DNA of 64,000 bases from a virus: the IMG/VR virus record IMGVR_UViG_3300025869_000011, positions 1 to 64,000 of that record; one strand, 5' to 3'. The notes under the pieces are model-generated. The model was not told the origin of the DNA. It saw only the letters and a program-made list of their open reading frames with translations, and made no database searches. The position numbers and the translations under genes were made by a program. Shown here in pieces: positions 18,652-27,874 of the stretch; within the stretch, counting starts at the first letter, position 1, and the number at the start of each line of letters is the position of its first letter.

Positions 18652-19666
18652 TTCTGAAACAAAAATCCTAGTCACCGGTGGTGCTGGGTTCGTTGGTACA
18701 AATTTTATCAATGATTTATTAAATAGAGGACATAATCCTAAATGTATTGCAGTGATCGATAATATGGAACACGGTACTTATATACCTAAAGTCCATGATC
18801 AAATTGAAAATTTTCATAAAGTAGATATTAGAAATCAATATGTAGAAAACATTATTCAGGATTTTGCACCTGATTATGTTTATCACTTCGCTGGCTTGGT
18901 TTCTATTTATGACTGTCATGAAGATCCATACGAAGCTGTAGATAATAATATCTTAGGAAGTATTAATGTAATGAATGGTTGTGTAAAGGCAGATGTAAAA
19001 AGAATTATCTTTAGTGAAACTTCTGCTGTATATGAAAATTGTGAAATGCCTAAAGAAGGGTTTAACGAGAATCAATCTGATCCTACTACAATTTATTCTA
19101 CAACTAAAGCATGCCTTGCCTTATTAGCAGAATCATACCAGAGAACTAAAGGTTTAAATTATACTGCATTGAGATACTTTAATGTTGCTGGGCCACTTCA
19201 AGACTATAATAGAACCATACCTCCTGTATTCGCTGGATTTATTTTAAGAATTAAAGGTAATCATAATCCTATAGTGTTTGGTGATTATATGAAGGCAAGA
19301 GATTATATTGATGTATCTGATGTTAATGCATTCCACATTCTTTGTATGGAAAATGAAGATACCGCAAACCAAACCTTTAATTTAGGAACCGGTAAAATGA
19401 CAAATCTAATGGATCTTAAAAATATGATTGGTGATATTATGGGAGTTGGTGAACCTGTGTTTGATCATTACGATCCGATTGCAGGTGAGGCTTTAAATAT
19501 CAGAGGGGATATCTCCAAAGCTAAATCGATGGGATGGGAACCTAAAAAAGATATAAGAGATACTATAAAAGAAACTATTGTTTATCTTGAAGAAGAAATT
19601 AATCAAGGTACAATTGACCCTTTAACTTTTATGGAAGATTTAGAAATTGAAAAAGTAAAAATATAA
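18644..19666 (+). CDS. NAD-dependent nucleotide-sugar epimerase/dehydratase
   Basis: TGGAGFVG, YSTTK, LRYFNVAG, RDYIDVSD. Confidence 0.92.
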   Translation: MYNSETKILVTGGAGFVGTNFINDLLNRGHNPKCIAVIDNMEHGTYIPKVHDQIENFHKVDIRNQYVENIIQDFAPDYVYHFAGLVSIYDCHEDPYEAVDNNILGSINVMNGCVKADVKRIIFSETSAVYENCEMPKEGFNENQSDPTTIYSTTKACLALLAESYQRTKGLNYTALRYFNVAGPLQDYNRTIPPVFAGFILRIKGNHNPIVFGDYMKARDYIDVSDVNAFHILCMENEDTANQTFNLGTGKMTNLMDLKNMIGDIMGVGEPVFDHYDPIAGEALNIRGDISKAKSMGWEPKKDIRDTIKETIVYLEEEINQGTIDPLTFMEDLEIEKVKI

Positions 19667-19667
19667 T

Positions 19668-20930
19668 ATGGAAAAAGAATTAAAATGGGGTACTATAATT
19701 CCACTGATTGGTGGTAGTGCTATAGGATGTAAAAAATCTGCAGGTAACGAACCTGCATTTCATTTAAGTTATGATGCGTTTGCTGCTAATGAAAGTCATA
19801 TTGAAAAATATTGGCCTGATGTACCTATGTATAGGTTAGATCATGAAGATTTAGAAATTCCTAAACAAACCTTTAACGAAGTAGATTATGTAAATTCAGT
19901 TTGTCCTTGTGCAGGGTTATCACAATTAAATTCTGCAAGAGGAACGTCTGCTTCTCGTGGATCTGGTGCTACTCAAAATCAATGGATGTATAATTCATCA
20001 GAATATATTTTAGAAAACGTAAAACCTAAAGTACTTTGGGGTGAGAATGCACCTGGTCTTTTTACTAAGATGGGAGAAGGTGTTGTTGACAGGTTAAGAG
20101 AAATAGGCGAAAAATATGGCTATAGTTTTTCTTTAATTAAAACAAACACCGAGCTTCATGGAATTCCACAAAGAAGAATGAGAACTTTTTATTTCTTTTG
20201 GAATACACCAACTGTACCTATGTTAAGTTGGAAATTCAGAGAAAAGAAATTACTAATTGATTATCTTAATGAAATTCCTAAGGATGCTACACACCAAGAT
20301 ATGTTTATGGTTGAAGGTAAAGTCACAGATCATTTTACACCTTATGAATATGTTTTAGAAAAGGAAGGTTTAACTCATGCTGAATTTGCTGCAAAATTTA
20401 AAAAAGGAACTATTGCACAGTACTTAGAAAAAAATGAACTTATTGATGACTGTATTAAATGGTTAGAAAAACATTATCCTAAAAGAGGGTTTTCAAATAA
20501 AAAATCTACAAAGACTTTTATTGATATGTTAGAGCACCAACAATATAAAACAAGTCAAGGATTAGGTTATTGGGATGCATCCCCGCATTTCTTTCACGAT
20601 TCTTTTTCTGCTCTTATTGGTAGAAATATGTTTAATGGTGTACACCCAGTAGAAAACAGATATCTTAATGTTAGAGAAATGCTTCACTTAATGGGACTTC
20701 CTTTAGACTTCGGTATTGAAAGCTCAAGACAAGTAAATCATATTGCTCAAAATGTACCTGTTACAACTGCTATGGATATGGCTGATGAGGTAAAGAAATT
20801 TTGTAAAGGCGAGGCTAAGATGACTAATTTTACATTTCTGAAACAAGATAACACAAGTCATAAAATTATTGATTCTGTTGAAATTGGATCAGAACCTAAA
20901 AAGAAATATAAAGTAAAAAGTATAATTTAA
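19668..20930 (+). CDS. DNA cytosine-C5 methyltransferase-like protein with atypical cofactor motifs
   Basis: PC catalytic motif (CPCAGLS), ENAP, PQRRMR, RYLNVRE..LMGLP; motif I is IPLIGG instead of FxGxG. Confidence 0.82.
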   Translation: MEKELKWGTIIPLIGGSAIGCKKSAGNEPAFHLSYDAFAANESHIEKYWPDVPMYRLDHEDLEIPKQTFNEVDYVNSVCPCAGLSQLNSARGTSASRGSGATQNQWMYNSSEYILENVKPKVLWGENAPGLFTKMGEGVVDRLREIGEKYGYSFSLIKTNTELHGIPQRRMRTFYFFWNTPTVPMLSWKFREKKLLIDYLNEIPKDATHQDMFMVEGKVTDHFTPYEYVLEKEGLTHAEFAAKFKKGTIAQYLEKNELIDDCIKWLEKHYPKRGFSNKKSTKTFIDMLEHQQYKTSQGLGYWDASPHFFHDSFSALIGRNMFNGVHPVENRYLNVREMLHLMGLPLDFGIESSRQVNHIAQNVPVTTAMDMADEVKKFCKGEAKMTNFTFLKQDNTSHKIIDSVEIGSEPKKKYKVKSII

Positions 20931-20932
20931 TT

Positions 20933-21937
20933 ATGAAAGATAACGCATTAGCAATAGGAATATCTAGTTTAGAGTTTACCAATATCTTATGTAGTTATTA
21001 TCCTAAAGGGATCAAAGAAAATTTTGATATTTACTTATTTGTTGATAATAATAAAATAGACATAGATAAACTTCAGTGCATTTTTAAAGAGCATGATTTA
21101 GATATTTTTATTAATGCTAAAATTATTATCTTAAAGGATGTATATGATCATTATATAGAAAAGCATCAATATAAAGGTAATGCAAAAAAGTTTCTATTAA
21201 ATCATGGTTGTTTATTTAAAATTCTAATGCCTATTTATCTAAGAGAAATGTTTGGTGTTAAAAGAACATATGTTTCCGATGATGATGTATTTATCCTAAA
21301 TGATCTCAGTTATATGTGGACTAAATATAAAGAGTTCGGTATTAAGAAGGAAAACTTATTTTACATTAGAAATAAAAATAAGTATGATGTAATGAATGCC
21401 TTCAATGAAATATTTGAATCTGATTTTACTTTGGATCAAATGAATGGTCTAGCAATAAATGCAGGTAATATTATTTATGACGAAGACCCTAAGTTAGAAT
21501 ATTACTTTGAGCGGTTTATGAAGCACCCATTTATTCATCATATGTTTTTTGATTTTACAGGTTATACGAGCTGGACAGTAGAACAGAGGTTTCATCATTT
21601 TAATATTCATAGATATTTAGCAGAAGGAAAGGAAGTTAAATTTTTAGAAAGTAAAGACTTAAGACTAATGCAAAATCTTGATAAAGATATGAAGGCTGGT
21701 GAGCCACCTGAAAAATATTTAAAAGAAGTCGTACCATCCTTAATCCATTATGCAATAGGCACAAAAAAACCTTTATGGTTAAATGATTTTTTACCAGGTC
21801 TTAAATGGAGATATGGTTTTGACTATAAGGCCAAATATGAATTAAAGGATATTCTATATAATAAAGATTGGCGACCACCATCCTTTAAAAGTGTACAGAA
21901 AAAACAAACAGCATTAAAAATTAAGTCTGTATTTTAA
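20933..21937 (+). CDS. Putative GT-A (GT8-like) glycosyltransferase
   Basis: YVSDDDVFILNDL (DxD), INAG, EQ, IHYA...KP. Confidence 0.6.
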   Translation: MKDNALAIGISSLEFTNILCSYYPKGIKENFDIYLFVDNNKIDIDKLQCIFKEHDLDIFINAKIIILKDVYDHYIEKHQYKGNAKKFLLNHGCLFKILMPIYLREMFGVKRTYVSDDDVFILNDLSYMWTKYKEFGIKKENLFYIRNKNKYDVMNAFNEIFESDFTLDQMNGLAINAGNIIYDEDPKLEYYFERFMKHPFIHHMFFDFTGYTSWTVEQRFHHFNIHRYLAEGKEVKFLESKDLRLMQNLDKDMKAGEPPEKYLKEVVPSLIHYAIGTKKPLWLNDFLPGLKWRYGFDYKAKYELKDILYNKDWRPPSFKSVQKKQTALKIKSVF

Positions 21938-21988
21938 CTTAAACTAAGTAACAATAATCAATATAATAATAAACAAATAATATTTTAA

Positions 21989-22738
21989 ATGGAAACAAAA
22001 ATTAACAAAATTGACGGTTATGAATTAAGTTCATTCGTTCGCAAACTACTTCCAATTGACAAATTCATCTTTATGAAAATCGCAAAAGAAGGTACTGTAT
22101 CTTCTGTATATTTTCCTGAGAGAGATGCCGTAAAATTGGTTAACACTCCAACTGCTGATATCTTTGATGCTGATATCTCTGAACCTGTAAAGGTAAGCTT
22201 TTATAATGGTACTAAAGTTATTGATGCATTAAGTCATTTTAATGGTGATGTCCAAGGTCGTATTAAGTATACTGAATATGATGGAGAATTAATGGCAAGT
22301 GATTTTATTTTAGAAAATGAAGATCTTCAAATTAATTTGGCATGTACAGATCCTTCATTATCTTTTATGGAAATGAGCAAGGAAGAAACTGATAGAGCAT
22401 TCGGTACAGATTCTAAAATGTTTAGTTTTGATTTACTTACTACTCATGTAGATAAAATGAAATCATTATTTAACTTAGATAAAGATGAAGATATCTTTAC
22501 TCTTTATATAGGAGAAAAAGGTATTAATATTAAAGGTACTTCTTATGATGCTACTTTATGCCACTCTTATGATTCAGATGTAGAAAAAGGTGCAAAAGTT
22601 GTAATTTATAAAAAGTATATTAATCTTTTAGATAAGGAAAATTACAAAGTAAGCGTTTGTGAAAATAAGGTTGTATTTAAATCTTTAGATACTAATACAC
22701 ATCTTACTGTTGCTGTTGCTATTACTGACGAGGATTAA
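21989..22738 (+). CDS. Probable sliding clamp (gp45/PCNA-like)
   Basis: ~250 aa, acidic, two-domain alpha/beta periodicity; adjacent to the polymerase C-half; clamp loader present. Confidence 0.6.
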   Translation: METKINKIDGYELSSFVRKLLPIDKFIFMKIAKEGTVSSVYFPERDAVKLVNTPTADIFDADISEPVKVSFYNGTKVIDALSHFNGDVQGRIKYTEYDGELMASDFILENEDLQINLACTDPSLSFMEMSKEETDRAFGTDSKMFSFDLLTTHVDKMKSLFNLDKDEDIFTLYIGEKGINIKGTSYDATLCHSYDSDVEKGAKVVIYKKYINLLDKENYKVSVCENKVVFKSLDTNTHLTVAVAITDED

Positions 22739-22753
22739 TACTGCATCTAATTA

Positions 22754-22785
22754 TTTAAAGGGCATCATAATCGGTGCCCTTTAAA
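22754..22785 (+). terminator. Hairpin terminator overlapping the next middle promoter
   Basis: tttaaagggca...tgccctttaaa. Confidence 0.7.
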
Positions 22786-22816
22786 CTTTCTTTAATCTTA
22801 CCGTATAAAAATAAAA

Positions 22817-23935
22817 ATGACAGAGGAATTACAAAAAATTAACGAAGAGGCATCTAAGTTTTATAATTATGAACAGGCAGTTAAGTTAATGCTTAACTCT
22901 ATTTACGGCGCATTTGGTAATCCTTATTTTTATTTCTTTAATGTTGATATTGCTGAAACTATTACACTCCAAGGTAAAGATGCAATTTTATATACCGAAC
23001 AATTAGTTAATAAGTATTTTAAAGAGTTTTGGCATAAAGATCTACCAGCTCACGCTGCTATGGGTATTACTGTAACAGGTAAAATTGAAAAACCAGTAGG
23101 TATTTATATTGATACAGATTCAGTGTATGTTAAATTTGATGAAGTAATTCAAAAGTCGGAAGGCTGGAACGGTGATGAAAAAGAATTTATACTTAAGCTT
23201 TATAAGGTTAGGTTAAATGGTTATATAGAAAAGATTCTACAAAAATATGCAGACGATAATAATGCAGAAAACTTTTTATCTTTTGAATTAGAAAGTATTG
23301 CTAAAAATGCAATATGGTTGGCAAAGAAAAAGTATATGCAGAATATAGTTTGGAAGGATCCGGATATTCACTATGATGATCTTTCTAAAATTAGTTCAAA
23401 AGGATTTGAAATCATTCAGTCATCTACTCCTATTTTTGCAAGAGAAAAATTAAAAGAACTATTAACTTACATATTTTCTGTAAGTGAATTAGATATGGGA
23501 GCATTTGCATCTTTGCTTAAGGATGTTAAAAGACAATTTAGATTAGCAAATGTTGATCAAATCAGTTTTTCAAGAAAGGTTAATAATTATCAAAAGTATA
23601 TTGTAAATGATTATGAACAATTTGAGATCGCATCAAAATGCCCAATCGGCGTAAGATCTGCAGGTTATCATAATTACTTATTAAACAATTCAGGCAAAAA
23701 AGGTAAATACCAACCATTAGGAAACGGGGAAAAATGTAAAATGTATTTTTCTGAAGATAATTCCTGTGATGTATTTGCATATGCACCTGGAGATTATCCT
23801 TATGAATTCGCGCCTAAGATTGATTACGATCGACAATTCGAAAAAACAATATTAGATCCTATAAACAGAGTTGTTACTGCTATGGGATTTAAGGGATTCA
23901 ATAGAAACTTGATTTATACTACAAGTTTATTTTAA
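22817..23935 (+). CDS. Family-B DNA polymerase, C-terminal half (gp43B-like)
   Basis: Motif B KLMLNSIYGAFGN, motif C YIDTDSVY, KKKY, KGFE. Confidence 0.93.
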   Translation: MTEELQKINEEASKFYNYEQAVKLMLNSIYGAFGNPYFYFFNVDIAETITLQGKDAILYTEQLVNKYFKEFWHKDLPAHAAMGITVTGKIEKPVGIYIDTDSVYVKFDEVIQKSEGWNGDEKEFILKLYKVRLNGYIEKILQKYADDNNAENFLSFELESIAKNAIWLAKKKYMQNIVWKDPDIHYDDLSKISSKGFEIIQSSTPIFAREKLKELLTYIFSVSELDMGAFASLLKDVKRQFRLANVDQISFSRKVNNYQKYIVNDYEQFEIASKCPIGVRSAGYHNYLLNNSGKKGKYQPLGNGEKCKMYFSEDNSCDVFAYAPGDYPYEFAPKIDYDRQFEKTILDPINRVVTAMGFKGFNRNLIYTTSLF

Positions 23936-23948
23936 AAAAAATTATGTT

Positions 23949-25568
23949 ATGAAAAACCCAGATAAATTAAACAGAAAAGATATAAGCAATTTATGTAAAT
24001 TAGCGCTAGATAAAGGTGGTGATTTAGTTCCATTAAAAATTCCTTCGTCAGAATCATTAGGTGAAGGATTGACTAATGGTTCGATTCTTTTTCATAAAGA
24101 TAAATGGCTTCTTAATTTAAGGAGAGTTGGATATCTATTTTATCAATCTGAAAATAAACAAAAATTCCCATGCCCTTGGGGTCCTTTAGTTTATTTAAAT
24201 CCAGAAAATGATGTAGTATTAAGAACTACAAATTATATCTGTGATTTAAATAGTGATACTCTTGAGGTTGATAAATGGAGAAAAACAGATACTACATTAT
24301 TAGATAGACCACCATTATGGGAATTTATTGGATTAGAGGATGCCCGTTTACAATTTTGGGATAACAAATTATATCAAACGGGCGTGCGACGTGACACTAC
24401 AGTCAATGGGCAAGGTAGAATGGAATTATCTACAATTAAGAATGACGAGTCTTGTATGGAGATTGATAGAGTAAGAATAGAGCCTCCTAATGATCCTACT
24501 TCTTATTGTGAAAAAAATTGGATGGCTATAAATGATATGCCATACCATTATATTAAATGGTCAAGCCCAACAGAATTAGTAAAGGTAGATCCTAATAAAG
24601 GTACTTCAGAATTAGTAAAAATTGTAGACCAATCTCATATTAAAACAAAAAGAGATATGAGAGGTTCTTCTAATATAATTAAATATAAAGATTACTGGGT
24701 AGGAATAATTCATGAAGTAGATCTTTGGTTTAATTCGGAATCTCAAAAAGACTCAATTTATTATCACAGATTTGTTGTTTGGGATAAAGATTGGAAAATT
24801 AAATATATTAGTGATGAATTTGATTTTATGACTGGGCGAGTTGAATTCACTTGTGGTATTGCATTTGACGAAAAGACTAATAACTTTTTAATACCATTTG
24901 GATTTCAAGATCATACTTCATTTATGTTAAGTTTACCTGAATCTGTATTTAGGGAAGTTACTAATATGGAGCCTATAAAAACCAAAGAAAGCGTAAAGAA
25001 AACCACTAAACATAAAACACTTCATAATTTCATTCATAATCCATTTAATGCTAAGGCTGCGTTTAAACTTGGGGAGGGGTATTTTAAAGAAGGTCATTGG
25101 GGATCTGCTTTAGGTTTCTTTTTAAGAGCAGCGGAATATACTGATGATTTAGATCTTCAATACGAGTCATTTTTCATGGTGTGTAGATGTCTTGCAAATA
25201 AAGGTGGTCGTGATGAATGTGAACAAAAAATGTGGTTGCAATTAATTTCATTAGATCCTACTCGACCTGAAGGTTATGGTGCAATGTCTTCATATTATTC
25301 ATGGAGAGGTAATTATCATAATGCTTATTTTTATAGTAACCTAGGTTATACTTTAGGTAAAGAATGCAAGCCTATGATAAAATCTACTGGTGCTATAATT
25401 AGTAAATCACCTCTATTAAAGCAAACTAAATTATTTGGATCATCTTATGGTTTAATGAAAGATAAATTAGAAATACTTAAAGATTTTATATCTAACCCTA
25501 AAAATCATAATCCGGCATTACATGCATTTATGTCACAAGAAGCAGTAAAGTATAAACTTGTACAATAA
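23949..25568 (+). CDS. Beta-propeller glycosidase-like domain + TPR repeats
   Basis: GLEDARL, EKNW, RGSS, YYHRF, VEF..G; C-terminal TPR-like helices. Confidence 0.6.
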   Translation: MKNPDKLNRKDISNLCKLALDKGGDLVPLKIPSSESLGEGLTNGSILFHKDKWLLNLRRVGYLFYQSENKQKFPCPWGPLVYLNPENDVVLRTTNYICDLNSDTLEVDKWRKTDTTLLDRPPLWEFIGLEDARLQFWDNKLYQTGVRRDTTVNGQGRMELSTIKNDESCMEIDRVRIEPPNDPTSYCEKNWMAINDMPYHYIKWSSPTELVKVDPNKGTSELVKIVDQSHIKTKRDMRGSSNIIKYKDYWVGIIHEVDLWFNSESQKDSIYYHRFVVWDKDWKIKYISDEFDFMTGRVEFTCGIAFDEKTNNFLIPFGFQDHTSFMLSLPESVFREVTNMEPIKTKESVKKTTKHKTLHNFIHNPFNAKAAFKLGEGYFKEGHWGSALGFFLRAAEYTDDLDLQYESFFMVCRCLANKGGRDECEQKMWLQLISLDPTRPEGYGAMSSYYSWRGNYHNAYFYSNLGYTLGKECKPMIKSTGAIISKSPLLKQTKLFGSSYGLMKDKLEILKDFISNPKNHNPALHAFMSQEAVKYKLVQ

Positions 25569-25611
25569 AACAACTCTTATATTTTCTATATAATAATAAA
25601 ATAAAACAAAT

Positions 25612-26808
25612 ATGGCAAAAGAATTTTCATTCGCAGATTTAAACAAAGAAATGTCAAAACACTCCACATACGGAGAGACTTTAGACAAATCAACTATTTC
25701 AGAAATAGATCATTATATACCAACTGGAAATTGGCATCTTAATGCTTGCTTAACAGGCTCGCTGTTTGGTGGTTATCCTAATAACAGGGCAGTTGCATTA
25801 GCAGGACCCTCCGGTACTGGTAAAACTTATCTTATCTTAAATGCAATTAAACAAGCACAGGCACAAGGTTATAGTATTGTATTTTATGATTCTGAAAATG
25901 CTGTAGATAAAACTTTAGTAGAAAAGTTTGGTATTGATCCAACAAAATTTCGTTATGAGCCATGTAATACGGTTCAAGAATTTAGAACTTCGGTAACGGC
26001 AATTACCGATGTATTAATCGAACAAAAAGCAAAAGGTATCGCTCTACCTAAAATTATGGTCGTGCTGGATTCTGCAGGTAACTTAGCAACCCAAAAAGAA
26101 ATTGATGATGCTAAAACTGGAAGTAGTAAAGCTGATATGACAAGAGCTAAATTATTAAAATCTACATTCCGAATCATTATGACGCAATTCGGTATATGTA
26201 AAATACCTTTCTTATTTACTAATCATACTTACCAAACACAAGATCTTTTCTCTAGGCAAGTAGGTGGCGGTGGAACTGGTCCTGAATATGCTGCCTCTAT
26301 TATTTTATTTTTAGGTAAAGCAAAACTTAAAGAAGGTATAGAACAAACCGGTATTATTGTTACTGCCAAACCAAATAAAAATAGATTTGCAAAACCTACT
26401 AATATTAAATTCCATATTTCTTTTAATAAAGGTATGAATCCTTATATTGGATTAGAGGAGTATATAAGTTGGGATACATGTGGAGTTGAACGAGGAAGAT
26501 TTATAAATGAGAATGCATTTAAGAAATTAACTGATATAGGTAAAGCTGAATGTAGAGAACATTCTTTTGATAAGGATGGTAAAAAGGTTACTATTTATTT
26601 TCAACCAGCCGCAACTGCAAGAAAGATATGCGTAAAGCATCTTAATGATACTGTAGATCTTAATCAATTATTTACACCAGAAGTAATGACCGAGGGTGTA
26701 CTGAAGGCATTGGAGCCAATCGTTGCTGCTAAGTTTAAGTATGGTGAAGAACTTGATGTTGAAAATTTAACCGAAATGCTAGAAGCCGATGTTACCGAAA
26801 AATCTTAA
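25612..26808 (+). CDS. uvsX: UvsX/RecA-like recombinase
   Basis: AGPSGTGKT, YDSE, VLDSAGNL, ADMTRAK, GGGTG. Confidence 0.93.
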   Translation: MAKEFSFADLNKEMSKHSTYGETLDKSTISEIDHYIPTGNWHLNACLTGSLFGGYPNNRAVALAGPSGTGKTYLILNAIKQAQAQGYSIVFYDSENAVDKTLVEKFGIDPTKFRYEPCNTVQEFRTSVTAITDVLIEQKAKGIALPKIMVVLDSAGNLATQKEIDDAKTGSSKADMTRAKLLKSTFRIIMTQFGICKIPFLFTNHTYQTQDLFSRQVGGGGTGPEYAASIILFLGKAKLKEGIEQTGIIVTAKPNKNRFAKPTNIKFHISFNKGMNPYIGLEEYISWDTCGVERGRFINENAFKKLTDIGKAECREHSFDKDGKKVTIYFQPAATARKICVKHLNDTVDLNQLFTPEVMTEGVLKALEPIVAAKFKYGEELDVENLTEMLEADVTEKS

Positions 26809-27088
26809 TACTGCAAAACTTAAAGTAAAGCATGTATTAGGAAATCATACAACATTACCAACTTACCCAGACGCTGAAGATATTACGTATGAACTGATAC
26901 GAGATTATTGTGGTAAAGTAGCAAAGGAAATTAAATTTACTAATGTATCTTTACAGAAAAAGTACAGCCTTACTGATGAAAAGGTTAATGAAATTTTAAT
27001 GACTCTTAAAAAGAAAAAGATTATTAAAGTATCATTATCTAATTCTGCATATACTACATACGAAATTATTACAAATCCATATGAATAA
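26789..27088 (+). CDS. Hypothetical protein, possible winged HTH
   Basis: Overlaps both neighbours; wHTH-like C-terminus. Confidence 0.6.
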   Translation: MLPKNLNTAKLKVKHVLGNHTTLPTYPDAEDITYELIRDYCGKVAKEIKFTNVSLQKKYSLTDEKVNEILMTLKKKKIIKVSLSNSAYTTYEIITNPYE

Positions 27089-27848
27089 GCATGACTTAAG
27101 ATTTAAAGAAACTCGCGGTGTTAAATTCATATGTGATGTTCATGATATGATGGGCCAACAGATATTAGGTGATCAAGGATGGGAGCTTCATTTAGAAGAT
27201 GTCTATAAAAAAATAATACTTAATGACTTTACTATTATTGATGTAGGTGCTAATATTGGTTGGCATACAGTTCAGTTTGGATTGCTAGGTAAAGAAGTGC
27301 ATGCATTTGAACCAGTAAAATCTAATTTCTATAATCTCTGTGGTAATGTTGTTGTTAACAATTTAAGTGATAAGATTACTTTATATGAAGAAGCATTAAG
27401 TAATAAACCAGAGTTACTAGGTATTATTAATCAAGAAGATTTTTATGAAAATCCATTATGGTCACATAATACAAAGGAATTGGTATTTAATAATTGTGGC
27501 GGTATTGCATTAGGAAATACTGATAATAGTAATATGACTGCTAATACATTGGATAGTTTTTCATTCGCACCAACTTTAATTAAAATAGATGTTGAAGGAT
27601 TTGAGCTTAAGGTTTTACAAGGTTCTATGAAAACTTTAAATAATCATAAGCCAATTGTTTTAATTGAACTTCACCCCAAAAATACTGATAATGAATCCAT
27701 AAAGACAATTCTCTTATCATTAGGTTATAAGATGTATTTAATACCTAACTCATATAATACATATCAGCATTATGATTATTTAGCTTACCATGATGATACT
27801 AAACATGGTAAATTTGTTCAAAGGCTTATAGATTTAAACAAAATATAG
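27081..27848 (+). CDS. FkbM-family SAM methyltransferase
   Basis: DVGANIG, AFEP, IKIDVEGFE..VLQG. Confidence 0.9.
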   Translation: MNKHDLRFKETRGVKFICDVHDMMGQQILGDQGWELHLEDVYKKIILNDFTIIDVGANIGWHTVQFGLLGKEVHAFEPVKSNFYNLCGNVVVNNLSDKITLYEEALSNKPELLGIINQEDFYENPLWSHNTKELVFNNCGGIALGNTDNSNMTANTLDSFSFAPTLIKIDVEGFELKVLQGSMKTLNNHKPIVLIELHPKNTDNESIKTILLSLGYKMYLIPNSYNTYQHYDYLAYHDDTKHGKFVQRLIDLNKI

Positions 27849-27874
27849 ATTTTACTATATAAAAATAAACAAAA

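Noticed and set aside
19668-20930. Restriction-modification system
   Set aside because: No adjacent endonuclease; neighbours are sugar enzymes
10724-21937. Host LPS/capsule locus (bacterial contamination or chimera)
   Set aside because: Same composition, leaders and phage promoter motifs as the flanks; embedded between phage genes; no wzx/wzy/transport genes
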